64,000 nt of DNA from Thermoanaerobaculia bacterium (GCA_963666565.1 OY762911.1:4352001-4416000), one strand, 5' to 3'; positions 26,104 to 36,333 are shown, numbered from the stretch's first letter. Notes: generated by a model not told the origin, from the sequence alone. Numbers and translations are program-made.

Positions 26104-27141
26104 ATGAGGTTCGAAGCCACGCCCCTCGCCGAAGCCCTCGGCGCCGTCCTGGGCCACAACGTCTACAACGACGAAGGCCGCCGCGTGCTACGCAAGGGCC
26201 GGGCGCTCGGCGAGAAGGAACTGGTGCTCCTGGCCGATCTCGGCCGCGACCGGGTCTTCGCGGCACGGCTCGAACCGGGAGACGTCGACGAGGACGAAGC
26301 CGCCCGCCGAGTCAGCGAGGCCGTGGCAGGGCCGGGTCTAGACCTGCGGGGTCCGACGACCGGGCGCGTCAACCTGCACGCGCAGACGCTTGGCGTACTG
26401 CGTGTCGACGCCGAAGCCTTGGACCGCATCAACGAGTGCGACGGCGTCACCCTGGCCACCCTGCCGAACCACAGCGTGGCCGGCACCGGCAAGATGGTCG
26501 GGACGACGAAGATCCTTCCCTACGCCTTGCCCGAAGAGACGGTCGCCGCAGCGGAGAGCGTGGCCGAAGGCCCGCTGATCCGGCTCGACCCGCTGCCGCC
26601 GAGCACTGCGGGTCTGATCGTCTCCGGCACCGTCGCTCCGGGCCAGTCGGCCGGCCGCGAGCGGTTGGTCGAGGGCTTCGAGAGCGCGTTCCAGATGCGG
26701 CTCGGCGCGCTCGGCGCCGACCTCGCCACCATCCGCTTCGTCCCTCTGCACGGCGAGCAGGGGACCTCCGGCCTCACCGCGGCCGCGGCCGAACTCGCCC
26801 CGGACGTCGATCTCCTGGTCCTGGCCGGCGAAACCGCCATTCAGGACCGCCACGACCTCGCGCCCAGCGCCATCGAAGCGGCCGGCGGCACCGTCATCTG
26901 CTACGGCGCGCCGGTGGACCCCGGCAACCTGCTGCTGCTCGCCGAACTCAACGGCACACCGGTCCTCGGCGCCCCCGGCTGCGCCCGAAGCCCGAAGCGG
27001 AACATCGTCGACCTGGTGCTCCCCCGCCTGCTCGTCGGCGACCGGCTGACGCGCCGCGACATCACGTCGCTGGGCCACGGCGGACTGCTCGAGGACGTCC
27101 CGGAGCGGCCATTGCCGCGGCGGCGGATCGAGACGCGCTAG
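26104..27141 (+). CDS. Molybdopterin-binding (MoCF_biosynth / MoeA-like) protein
   Basis: LRKGR, TGRVNL, GAPVDPGNLLLL, GAPGCARSPK and GHGGLL motifs; ATG at 26104. Confidence 0.88.
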   Translation: MRFEATPLAEALGAVLGHNVYNDEGRRVLRKGRALGEKELVLLADLGRDRVFAARLEPGDVDEDEAARRVSEAVAGPGLDLRGPTTGRVNLHAQTLGVLRVDAEALDRINECDGVTLATLPNHSVAGTGKMVGTTKILPYALPEETVAAAESVAEGPLIRLDPLPPSTAGLIVSGTVAPGQSAGRERLVEGFESAFQMRLGALGADLATIRFVPLHGEQGTSGLTAAAAELAPDVDLLVLAGETAIQDRHDLAPSAIEAAGGTVICYGAPVDPGNLLLLAELNGTPVLGAPGCARSPKRNIVDLVLPRLLVGDRLTRRDITSLGHGGLLEDVPERPLPRRRIETR

Positions 27142-27176
27142 CGCTAGCGAAGTCAGCGCGCTTCGCTTGTCGCACT

Positions 27177-27428
27177 TCAGCGAAGCTGGCTCAGCTGTTG
27201 GCGGGCACAGTCGACAATGCCGAGGTGACGGCACATCGCCTTGACGAAGTGAACGTTGACCTCTCCTCGCCCCGACTGTTGTTTGCGCCCGTGTTGGCCT
27301 GTCGGCAAGTGACGGTACGTTCTCCCGCCGTGCAGCACCCGCCACTTGTGCTTGCCACGAATCAGGTCGTGGCCGGGGGCGCAGACGTCCAGCATTCTGA
27401 ACACCTCTCGAAGCTGGATCTGGGCCAC
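27177..27428 (-). CDS. Putative HicA-like toxin
   Basis: 83-aa basic protein with a GKH motif and C-terminal ...VKAMCRHLGI, directly downstream of a HicB-like gene. Confidence 0.5.
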   Translation of the reverse strand: MAQIQLREVFRMLDVCAPGHDLIRGKHKWRVLHGGRTYRHLPTGQHGRKQQSGRGEVNVHFVKAMCRHLGIVDCARQQLSQLR

Positions 27429-27440
27429 GCTTGGAGAGGG

Positions 27441-27935
27441 TCAGGCGGCCAGGAGCATCGTGGGCGGATTGGGGTTGTTGGTCGACAACGGCTGAGCGAA
27501 CTCAGTGACGCTGTGTCGCAGAGCCGGGTTCTTCTTGGTCGGCAGATCGCTTGGGACGTTGCCGGCGGCAACCTCCCTTCGCGCCGCCTCGAACGCGTCC
27601 CTTGCCCAGTCGTCAGCGTCGTGAAAGAACTCGGCCACGTCGCCCCTGAACGCAGAAAGGTCCGAAGCTGTCTCGGCGATGTCGTAGAGGGCGAACTCGA
27701 TCTTCTCCCTGAGGTCGAGGTATGCCTCCAGCAGAGTGTCACCGAGCCCGGCGACGCCCCCCGGCTTGAGGCCGTGGGCGAGAAAGACGGTGCCGTCGTC
27801 GTCCTGTTCGACCGTCACGACAGCGCCACCACGAAACTCGACCCCGGCGCTGTAGCTGCAGCCCTGTACGGGGATCTGGATGGTGAAAACGAGCGGGTAG
27901 ACGGTACCGACGCCCGGTACCCCAGCATCAGCCAC
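27441..27935 (-). CDS. Putative HicB-like antitoxin
   Basis: RBS AGGAGG then GTG at 27935. GVAGLGDTLLEAYLDLREKIEF resembles the HicB G.T.EEA signature; acidic protein. Confidence 0.5.
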   Translation of the reverse strand: MADAGVPGVGTVYPLVFTIQIPVQGCSYSAGVEFRGGAVVTVEQDDDGTVFLAHGLKPGGVAGLGDTLLEAYLDLREKIEFALYDIAETASDLSAFRGDVAEFFHDADDWARDAFEAARREVAAGNVPSDLPTKKNPALRHSVTEFAQPLSTNNPNPPTMLLAA

Positions 27936-28049
27936 GGCAGCCTCCTCCTTGTTCGCTTGGCGGTGTCCAAGGGGCAGGGGCGACAATCGACGCCCATCCC
28001 TGCGGACTCTAGGCGTCCCCACCCGCCGGGTCAAGCACTAGCAGCGAGT

Positions 28050-28197
28050 GATCCACGCGCCCCCGGCTGCGCCCGCCATATCTCGACCTCGAGGGAGTGT
28101 AGGTGGGAGCGATCCACACGCCCCCGGCTGCGCCCGCCATATCTCGACCTCGAGGGAGTGTAGGTGGGAGCGATCCACACGCCCCCGGCTGCGCCCG
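28050..28197. repeat. 61-bp tandem repeat (about 2.4 units)
   Basis: Units start at 28050, 28111 and 28172 (GATCCAC.CGCCCCCGGCTGCGCCCG...GTGGGAGC). Confidence 0.9.
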
Positions 28198-28351
28198 CAG
28201 CCCGAAGCGGAACATCGTCGACCTGGTGCTCCCCCGCCTGCTCGTCGGCGACCGGCTGACCCGGCGCGACATCACCTCGCCGGGCCACGGCGGTCTGCTG
28301 GAAGACGTCCCGGAGCGTCCGCTGCCAAGGAGGCGAATCGGGACCGCGTGA
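28181..28351 (+). pseudogene. Duplicated 3' end of the molybdopterin-binding gene (direct repeat of 26971-27141)
   Basis: Encodes APGCARSPKRNIVDLVLPRLLVGDRLTRRDITSPGHGGLLEDVPERPLPRRRI, with mostly synonymous differences from the intact gene. Confidence 0.9.
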
Positions 28352-28446
28352 AGCGATTCCGAACCGCCTCGATACCGCGCCCCGGTGTAGACTCACTCGC
28401 GGTCAGCTTGGCGGCTGCCAGCGCTGTCCGCCGCAGAGAAAGGGCC

Positions 28447-28758
28447 ATGAACGAGACGCTGTCGGGACAACTGCCGGAGATCACCGCGAAGATCCAGGAG
28501 ATGACGCGCGCCACCTTCCCGGACATTCGCTTCACGAACATCTGGGTGCAGCCGGGCACATCATGGTTCGGAGACGCGGTCGTCGATATCTGGGCGATCT
28601 ACGACGGAGAGGTCGACGATCTCCAGAAGGTCCCCGGCAAACTCTCGTTCGGTACCCGAGTCCAGGACATGCTCTGGGATCGCGGCCTGGACGTCCTGCC
28701 GAAGACCCACTTCGTCACGAAGGCCGACGCGGGAGACTGGCGCCCTGAAGGCCTCTGA
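28447..28758 (+). CDS. Small hypothetical protein (possible nucleotidyltransferase-like fold)
   Basis: 103-aa ORF after AGGG and a TAGACT -10-like hexamer. The fold assignment is weak. Confidence 0.6.
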   Translation: MNETLSGQLPEITAKIQEMTRATFPDIRFTNIWVQPGTSWFGDAVVDIWAIYDGEVDDLQKVPGKLSFGTRVQDMLWDRGLDVLPKTHFVTKADAGDWRPEGL

Positions 28759-28788
28759 CTTCCTGACGACGGCTCGGAGACAGGCGAG

Positions 28789-31700
28789 TTGAGCCACTCG
28801 TTGCCGTCCCGCGATCAACCGAATCGCCACCGCCCGGAGCAAGTGACGACGCCGCAAGAGCTCCCGGTGCAGACGGCCATCGATCTGGGCGCACCACCGC
28901 CGGATCAGGATCTCGACTGGGGCGATCTCACAGCCGGCGAGCTGCTCCGACGGATCCGCAGCACCAGCCGGACGGAAGCCGAGAAGGGCCAGTGGTTCGA
29001 GAACCTCTTCGCACAACTGGCGCGGAACGAGCCCGAGTTCGAACTCGAAGGCGTCTGGCGCTGGGCGCAGTGGCCGGAGCGCAAGCGCCTGACGGGCCTG
29101 TCGGGCCAGGACATCGGGGTGGACCTGGTGGCTCTGCACCGCGACGGAACATGGATCGCCATCCAGTGCAAGTGCTACGCGTCCCACCACCGCGTGACGA
29201 AGGCGGACGTGCAGAGTTTCCTGGCCGGATCGCAGCAGAAGATCTTCGGCCTGCGGTGGATCGTCACAACCTCCCGTTGGGGTCGGACGGCCGAGAATCT
29301 CATCCAGGAGACGAACATCCGCCGGATCGACTTTCGCAACTACCGGGACCGGCGGATCACCGCCACGGAGGTCGAGCGTCCGGTCCGGGAACCCTGGCGG
29401 CTGCAACGGGAGGCGATCGAGGACGCGCTGCAGGGCCTCGAACATCACGACCGCGGCCGGCTCATCATGGCGTGCGGCACCGGCAAGACCTTCACGGCGC
29501 TGCGCATCGCGGAGCGGTTCGTGCCGGACGGCGAAGCCATCCTGTTCCTCGCTCCGACCATCGCGCTCGTCTCCCAGGCGCGCCGCGAGTGGCTTACCCA
29601 CACGACCCGGCCCCTGAGCTCGCTGGTCGTCTGTTCCGATCCGTACGCGGGCGGCAGGAACGAGCAGGAGGACATCCGCATCTCGGAACTCGAGTGCCCG
29701 GTGATCTCGAACCCGGAGGAGATCGCGGCCAAGCTGAAGAGCGCCACTCACACGAAGGTCGTGTTCTGTACCTACCAGTCGCTCATGCGAGTCACGGAGG
29801 CACAGCGGGAGCACGGCGCCGCGCCCTTCGCCTTGACCATCGCCGACGAAGCGCACCGGACGACCGGCGTGCTGAACCGTCCGCGCGAGAAGGTCGACTT
29901 CCAGCTCGTCCACGATGAGGAACGGTTGCTAACGCGCAAGCGCTTGTACATGACGGCCACGCCACGCATCTACACCCGGAAGTCGAAGAGGCGGCTGGCG
30001 AAGCGAGAGATCGAAGTCGTCGACATGAGCGACGAAGCGACCTACGGACCCCAGTTCCATCGCTTGCGCTTCAAGACCGCCGTGGACGACGGGAAGCTCT
30101 CGGACTACCGGGTCGTCGTGCTCGGCGTGGACCGGTCCCGCGTCACGCCGGGTCTTCGTTCCCGGCTGGAGGGTCTCGCCGAAGGCGACAGGAAGAGCCA
30201 GCCGACGCTGAACGACATCACCCGCGTGCTCGGCGTCTCTCTGGCGATCAACGGGCTGAGCGAGGGAAAGGGGATCGAGCGCCCGGATCGACTGCCCCGC
30301 ACCATGGCCTACGCGAACAGCATCAAGCGATCGAAGTGGTTCGCCGCGGCCCTGATGGACCCCCAGGTCAAGGCGGCGACAACCAGACGGCTCCACGGCG
30401 AGGAGCGCGCCTGGTCCGTGGAAGCGGAGCACCTCGACGCCTCGGCCAGCGCGCTGGACCGAAGCCAGGCGCTGCGACGACTCAGTTCGGCGGGCGGGGA
30501 CGGCACGCTCCGGATCGTCTGCAACGTGAAGCTCTTCACCGAGGGCGTGGACGTGCCGAGCCTCAACGCCGTGGCCTTCCTCGATCCGCGCGACAGCCAG
30601 GTGGACGTCGTCCAGGCCGTGGGCCGCGTGATGAGACGGGCCGAGGACAAGAAGTTCGGCTACATCGTCGTGCCGGTCGTCGTTCAGCCCGGCATGGACG
30701 TCGCCGACGCCTTGCGGAACAGCCCCGAGGGCTACCACACCCTGGGCAAGGTGCTGCGAGCCCTGCAGGCGCACGACGAGAGGCTGCACGAGGACATCGC
30801 GCGCTTCGTTCAGGTCTACGAACCGAAGCCGGAGCCCAACGCACCGGGTGACCCGAGGGACGACCCGGCCGGCCTGTTCGACGACCTGGAACTCGAGCCG
30901 GCCGACGAGGGGATCTTCGCGCATGTCGCCGCGGCGTCGGGTCTGGGCCAACCCGGCAAACTCATCGCCGACGAGATCGCGTGGGCCGTGCAGCGGGCGG
31001 CGGAAATCTTCCAGAACGAAGAAGTCGAAGGGCCGCTCGCCGACGCCTTGGACCTGCCGGCGGACAACGAACAGGCCCGAAAGGCAGCCCGGACGATCGC
31101 CGCGCTGCTCCTCTGCAATGCCTGCCTGATGCACCGCCGCCTGCGCGACGTGCCCGAGATGAAGATGCTGCCCGGTCTCGGCCGCGTCGGCGCAACAGAC
31201 GATCCGTCCAGCGTGCTCAAGGCGTCGTGGAGCACGATCCTGGATCTGGACTACAAGCCAATCTTCGAGCCGGCGCTCGCGGCGCTGAACGCTCTTCCCG
31301 CGAACGAGGGAATCCGAAGCGCGCTGCGCGGCCTGTCGGAGTGCGCGGACAACCTGGCGGACAGCCTGAACGACCTCGGCTACGACCACGCCGGGCCGCT
31401 CTACCACCGAATCCTCGGCTCGGCCAAGAGCGACGGCGCGTTCTACACGAACAACATCTCGGCCCTGCTGCTGGCGCGGCTCGCGCTCGACGAAACGTTC
31501 GTCGACTGGACCGACCCGGAGGCCGTGGCGAAACTGCGGATCATCGACCCGGCGTGCGGCACCGGCACGCTCCTCATGGCGGCACTTCGCACAATCAAGG
31601 CGCGCATGCGCGAAGGGGCCTCGCTGGGCGAAGGAAGCGACGAACCGCTCCACCGAACCCTGGTCGAGGATGTCCTGTGCGGACTCGACATCAACCGTCA

Positions 31701-33264
31701 TGGCATTCAGCTTGCCGCCTGCAACCTGACACTCGGCGCGCCGTCGGTGGACTATGCACGGATGAACCTGCACACGATGCAGCACGGGCCTCAGGACGAC
31801 GGGACCGTGCGGGCAGGGTCGCTGGAGATCTTGAGGCAGCGCGGAGACGGCCTCCAGCCGACCCTCTTCCAGATGGCGTCGAAGCTCCAGGGAACGGACG
31901 CACTAGGCGCAAGGTGGGAGGCGGACGAGACCGGCAACGACTTCCCTCTCAACGACGTCGACCTGGTGATCATGAACCCGCCGTTCACCGCGAACGACAA
32001 GCGCGGCCAGAAGTTCACGGGCGACGCCAAGAAGCGGATGCAGGAACGCGAGCTGCAGATCCGCGACGGGCTGTCGAACCGCGACGAGGGAGCCGGCGCC
32101 GTCATCAACACGAACAGCATCCGCACGTTCTTCACGCCGCTCGCGGATCAGTTGCTGCGAGAGGAGCGCAGCGTAATCGCCAAGGTGCTCCCGGCGACCG
32201 CCTGCATTGGCGCCTCCGGGGAATCGGAGCGGCGCTTCCTTGCCGAGCGCTTCCACATCGAGCGCATCATCACCTCGCACGACCCGAAGCGCATCAACTT
32301 CTCCGAGAACACGGGCATCCACGAGTCCTTGCTCATCTGTCGACGGCGGAACGGCAGCACGGACGCCGCGCCGACCGAGTTCGTGTCGCTCCGTCGTATG
32401 CCGGCTTCGGCCAAGGAAGCGATCAAAGCGGCGGACGCCATCGCGGCCGGCAGCGAGGCCTGGGGCAGCCGGACCTTCTGGCCCGCAGAACGAATCCAAG
32501 CCGGCGACTGGACGCCGGTCCAATGGTACGACGGCTCCTTGGCCGAAGCGGTCAGGCAGATCGAGGACTCGCCCCAACTCGAACCGCTGTCGGCGCGCCA
32601 CGACGTAGGGCCGGCAGCTCAGCGGATCCGCGACGCCTTTCGGCAGTGCGACCCCAGCGCCGCTGGCGCTGTACCCGGTTTCCACTCCGTGAGCAGTCAA
32701 GTGCACCGGACAATTCGAGGTAAGCACGATGTCTGGTACGAACCGAAGCCCGGCAAGGCCAGTCTGGCCGCCAAGTACCTGGCGCGTCGGAATCGCCTGC
32801 TTCTCCCCATGCGATTCCGAACCACCAACGGCCGGCTCACGGCACTCTGGACCCCAACACCCTCATTCGGGACCTGGGTTCCCGCCGCGACCGAGAACGA
32901 ACGCATCGCCAAGGCGCTTGCCGTCTGGTGTAACTCCACACCGGTGCGCCTGATGCTCCTGAATCGACGTTCCCGCACCCTCACATACCCAGCGTGGTCG
33001 CTGGAACATCTGCGCGAGATCGGCATACCCAAACCCGACAGCTTCGCCTGGAACGCCCTCGCCGCCGCCTACGCCAAGGCTTCCGACGAAGAACTTCTGC
33101 CAATGAGCCAAGCGGACGTATGCCCGGCGCGTAGAATCCTCGACCGCGCCGCCGCTCTCGCGCTCGAAGTCGACGAAGCGGAAATCGCCGACTGGCGACG
33201 AAGACTCGCTAGAGAGCCAACCGTCAGCAACGAGCCGGCAGACAGATCGGGAGGCGATGGGTGA
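28789..33264 (+). CDS. Type ISP-like restriction-modification enzyme (Mrr-type nuclease, SF2 helicase, N6-adenine MTase, target recognition region)
   Basis: DIGVDLVA...IQCK nuclease; ACGTGKT, DEAH, MTATPR, QAVGRVMR helicase; DPACGTG and NPPF methyltransferase motifs. Confidence 0.9.
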   Translation: MSHSLPSRDQPNRHRPEQVTTPQELPVQTAIDLGAPPPDQDLDWGDLTAGELLRRIRSTSRTEAEKGQWFENLFAQLARNEPEFELEGVWRWAQWPERKRLTGLSGQDIGVDLVALHRDGTWIAIQCKCYASHHRVTKADVQSFLAGSQQKIFGLRWIVTTSRWGRTAENLIQETNIRRIDFRNYRDRRITATEVERPVREPWRLQREAIEDALQGLEHHDRGRLIMACGTGKTFTALRIAERFVPDGEAILFLAPTIALVSQARREWLTHTTRPLSSLVVCSDPYAGGRNEQEDIRISELECPVISNPEEIAAKLKSATHTKVVFCTYQSLMRVTEAQREHGAAPFALTIADEAHRTTGVLNRPREKVDFQLVHDEERLLTRKRLYMTATPRIYTRKSKRRLAKREIEVVDMSDEATYGPQFHRLRFKTAVDDGKLSDYRVVVLGVDRSRVTPGLRSRLEGLAEGDRKSQPTLNDITRVLGVSLAINGLSEGKGIERPDRLPRTMAYANSIKRSKWFAAALMDPQVKAATTRRLHGEERAWSVEAEHLDASASALDRSQALRRLSSAGGDGTLRIVCNVKLFTEGVDVPSLNAVAFLDPRDSQVDVVQAVGRVMRRAEDKKFGYIVVPVVVQPGMDVADALRNSPEGYHTLGKVLRALQAHDERLHEDIARFVQVYEPKPEPNAPGDPRDDPAGLFDDLELEPADEGIFAHVAAASGLGQPGKLIADEIAWAVQRAAEIFQNEEVEGPLADALDLPADNEQARKAARTIAALLLCNACLMHRRLRDVPEMKMLPGLGRVGATDDPSSVLKASWSTILDLDYKPIFEPALAALNALPANEGIRSALRGLSECADNLADSLNDLGYDHAGPLYHRILGSAKSDGAFYTNNISALLLARLALDETFVDWTDPEAVAKLRIIDPACGTGTLLMAALRTIKARMREGASLGEGSDEPLHRTLVEDVLCGLDINRHGIQLAACNLTLGAPSVDYARMNLHTMQHGPQDDGTVRAGSLEILRQRGDGLQPTLFQMASKLQGTDALGARWEADETGNDFPLNDVDLVIMNPPFTANDKRGQKFTGDAKKRMQERELQIRDGLSNRDEGAGAVINTNSIRTFFTPLADQLLREERSVIAKVLPATACIGASGESERRFLAERFHIERIITSHDPKRINFSENTGIHESLLICRRRNGSTDAAPTEFVSLRRMPASAKEAIKAADAIAAGSEAWGSRTFWPAERIQAGDWTPVQWYDGSLAEAVRQIEDSPQLEPLSARHDVGPAAQRIRDAFRQCDPSAAGAVPGFHSVSSQVHRTIRGKHDVWYEPKPGKASLAAKYLARRNRLLLPMRFRTTNGRLTALWTPTPSFGTWVPAATENERIAKALAVWCNSTPVRLMLLNRRSRTLTYPAWSLEHLREIGIPKPDSFAWNALAAAYAKASDEELLPMSQADVCPARRILDRAAALALEVDEAEIADWRRRLAREPTVSNEPADRSGGDG

Positions 33265-33560
33265 CCGAGATCGTCTTCGCGGGTCACAGAAGACGGGGTG
33301 GACGGTGGGTACCCAGCCAGTGCGCTCAGGCACGGCATCCACAACGAAGGCGACTCCGTCGAAGATCTCCGCAGGAACGTCAAGGAGGCCGTCGATTGCT
33401 CCTTCGATGACATCATGCCGCAGCCCAAGCTGATCCGTTTGCACTCCGTTTGGGCCGAGGTGCTCATGGCGCGAAAGCTGCCCCGCGCCTTTGGCGGCGC
33501 AGCGCTGCAAGCGGCGTTCCGGCGGCTGGACTGCGCATTCGCGGTAGCTGGGACGACCCT
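33261..33560 (+). pseudogene. Degenerate hicB-hicA toxin-antitoxin pair
   Basis: MTEIVF, frameshift, then ...DGGYPASALRHGIHNEGDSVEDLRRNVKEAVDC (HicB-like) fused without a stop to KLPRAFGGAALQAAFRRL (HicA N-terminus remnant). Confidence 0.65.
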
Positions 33561-33616
33561 GCCGACAGGCACCAAGGCGCACTCACCGTTCCGGCCCGCG
33601 GGACACAGTACCGACC

Positions 33617-35330
33617 ATGACCAACCTGCTAACAGTCCCTGACAAGGCCGGACGCGCCATCGTCGAAGACGGGGCCATGCTCGCCTGTCCACTGCTGGCC
33701 ACCGACAGCTTCATACGGTCCTGCGCCCATCGGGGCCTGGCGATTGACCGCCACCGCCTCCTTCGTCTGGAACGGCTAGGTTTCTTCGCTCCCGTGTTCC
33801 GAGTGAGGACCCCTCGGAAGGACGCCGCCCTCTTCGATATCCCACCAAGGAAGGGCAACAACTGGTTCACCAAGAGATGGGCGTACGATACGACTGCGGT
33901 ACCTCGGCGCCATGACGTGCCGTCAGACACCGATCGGACCTGCGAAGGCTACTACTCCGTCTTTCACGTCGACTACCTCCACCTCGTGTTGGCCGAACTA
34001 AGCCCGCAGATCCAGCTCGACGCGCACCTTGACCGGAAACCAGGCGAGCCGACCGACTGGCAGAAGGCGGGCGACCGCTGGATGCAACACGCCGAAAACA
34101 GCGCCGCAAGCCTGCGCGATCATCAGTACCGCCGTGCAGTCGCCCTGCTCTGCCAGCACGTATCGAACCGGTACTTCCCTCAAACTCAGACCGACATGCG
34201 CACTCTGCAGATTCGCCGAGTCTGTTGCTCCGACGCTTGGATCGCGGTCGATGGCCGTGACTGGGACTGGCATCGGGAAGTGCGGAGTTGGGATCCGAAG
34301 AGGATCCAGAACCTCTACGGCCTTACTCCGCAGAAGCTGCGCCACGCATACAGGGGTCCAGTTGCGATCCAATAGAGCATTGGTATCAACTCATTCAGTT
34401 CATCTCCGTCCATGAGCGCGGGAAGCTCAAGGGTGCCGCTCGCCGCGCGGCTACCGTCCGCGAAGGCGCCCAAATGCTGCGCCTCCTGTACACCGATCTA
34501 TACGGGAAGGACCTCCCGCACCCCAACGAGGTTTCCAGGACCATCATCACTCCCTTACCCGAGGTAGAAGTCCGGAAGGACACGCGCCGGCATCTGGAAT
34601 TCGTCGCCAACCGTTTTGGAGTGAATCCCCAACCTCGACTCTGCCTCCTCGTCGAAGGTGCGAGCGAGCAAGCTGCCGTGACACGCATATTCGAGGCGTG
34701 CTACGGCGCACATCCCGGCCGATACGGCATCGAGATCATCCCGTTGGGCGGCGTGAGCGTCGCCACCGGAAACAGGAAGGACGACCGCTTCAGCGCCGTC
34801 ATCCGTCTAGTCGACTATCTGCACCATCACCAGACCTTTGCGCTCCTCATTCTTGACAACGAGGGCTATGCCATGCGAGGAAACTGGAGAAGGCGCTGCG
34901 GGATAGAAGGTCGATTCACGGCGACCGGCGATACGTGACCCGGCGCGACTACATCCGACTCTGGAAAGAGTCCTTCGAGTTCGACAACTTCTCCTGCACG
35001 GAGATCGCCGCCGCGCTCACGAAGCTGGCGTCGGGCACTGCGACGTTCGACGTAAGGGACGTTGCCGGTGCGCGGAGAGCGAGCCATCCTGGATCGGCGC
35101 TCAAGGCCTTGTACCTGAGGAAGGCCAACGACGAACTGGACAAGGTCCGCTTGGCCGAGGCGCTCGTCGACATCATGATGTCACCGCGATCCCGTCGAAA
35201 AACCGAGAACCGCCCCATCGTCAAGGTCCTGGATCGAGTCCAACGCCTCGCGGCCCGAAACCACCTGCCGACGACGCAGCGCGACCGGGACGCCAACCAG
35301 GTGTCCGCGTTTCTCGACAGCACGCGCTGA
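33617..35330 (+). pseudogene. TOPRIM-domain (OLD-family-like) protein broken by two frameshifts
   Basis: Three overlapping ORFs read as one protein with LLVEGASE...IPLGG...LILDNEG TOPRIM motifs. The second shift coincides with an apparent 5-nt insertion (TATGCCATGCG) near 34867-34877. Confidence 0.65.
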
Positions 35331-35615
35331 CCGCAATCCGCTACCGTGCGGGTCTCGCCCGACGGCCTTCGCTCCCTGTCTCGGCAGCAGACCGCCGCGA
35401 TGTCCGTCGTGCTGATCTCGTTAGCTCGCACCGTGGTTCACGCGTGGCGCAGATCCCGCCAGTCGCGTTCCCGCCATGAAACTGCCGCGGGCCGCAAGGG
35501 GAGGTGCGCCGCCGGCGACACGATCAACCGGCAACACAGCGACTCCGGTCTGACTGGCGGGCAGCGGAGCCAACGGCATACCTGACGGAGATGAGCGGGA
35601 TGGTCTTGACGCGGG

Positions 35616-35931
35616 TCATTCGAACAAGTCCGCGTGAGTGCCGGCCCCGGGCGAAGTAGACCGAACCGCTAGGGCCGTCCGTGTCGTCGATACGGTAGAT
35701 CAGCAGGAAGTCGCCACCGATGTGGCACTCCCGGTAGCGTGCCAACGAGCCCTTGAGCGCGTGGTCCCTGCGTTCGGGAGGGAGCGGAGCGTCACGGGCG
35801 ATCAGTAGGAGCATCACCCCTTTCAGCCGCCGCATATCGTAGCGGCCGGAGCGGGAGAGCCGCCGCCAGTCCCTCAGGAACTGTCGCGCGAAGTCGACGC
35901 GGCGCGGCAGTCTGGCCCGCTTACTGGCCGT
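35616..35931 (-). pseudogene. yafQ: YafQ-family mRNA interferase, apparently inactivated
   Basis: DHALKG...RECHIGGDFLLIY is present. The start codon reads ACG, and a +1 shift separates FAR from AGTHADLFE*. Confidence 0.8.
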
Positions 35932-36202
35932 TGGCTTCTTCAAGCTCCGCAAACGCCTCGTCGGCGCTGGCGAACCGCGCGCTGCGGCTCTGCACCATCT
36001 CGTCCACATTTGCCATGGCGCGGCGAGTCTCCGCGTTCGGCACCTTGAGCTCGAGCGGGAAGGCCTGATCGACGGCGATGCGGTGAAACAGCAACCTCAC
36101 GGCCTCCGAAGCCGTCAGCCCCATTGCCGTGAGCGCCGCCGTCGCCTTCTGCTTCATCTCGGTGTCCATGCGGACGTGCAGCATCGAACTCTGTGTCGTC
36201 AT
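35921..36202 (-). CDS. dinJ: RelB/DinJ family antitoxin
   Basis: LHVRMD..MKQKA...L..MGLTASEAVRLL...PLELKVPNAETRRAM; RBS GGAGG. Confidence 0.9.
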   Translation of the reverse strand: MTTQSSMLHVRMDTEMKQKATAALTAMGLTASEAVRLLFHRIAVDQAFPLELKVPNAETRRAMANVDEMVQSRSARFASADEAFAELEEANGQ

Positions 36203-36333
36203 GCGAGCCTCCCGTCTCTCATTTGCGAGACTACTTTCGCACGCTGTCATGCCGCAGTCAAGCCGATGCCCAGTGCAGAAGAATCGGGGATCATCGCCGG
36301 GAATGCGCCTCGCGGGTCAATTGCGGCAACTCC

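Noticed and set aside
24649-27141. 830-aa ORF that looks like a repeat-containing fusion
   Set aside because: The N-terminal part is antisense to the amidohydrolase plus an intergenic repeat; the real gene starts at 26104.
26971-28351. DGR template/variable repeat pair (also paralogs 1 and 2)
   Set aside because: Differences are mostly synonymous and not adenine-specific, and no reverse transcriptase is in the window.
35340-35600. Possible tyrosine-integrase remnant on the minus strand (RANEISTTDIAAV)
   Set aside because: The similarity is too short and degenerate to support without a search.
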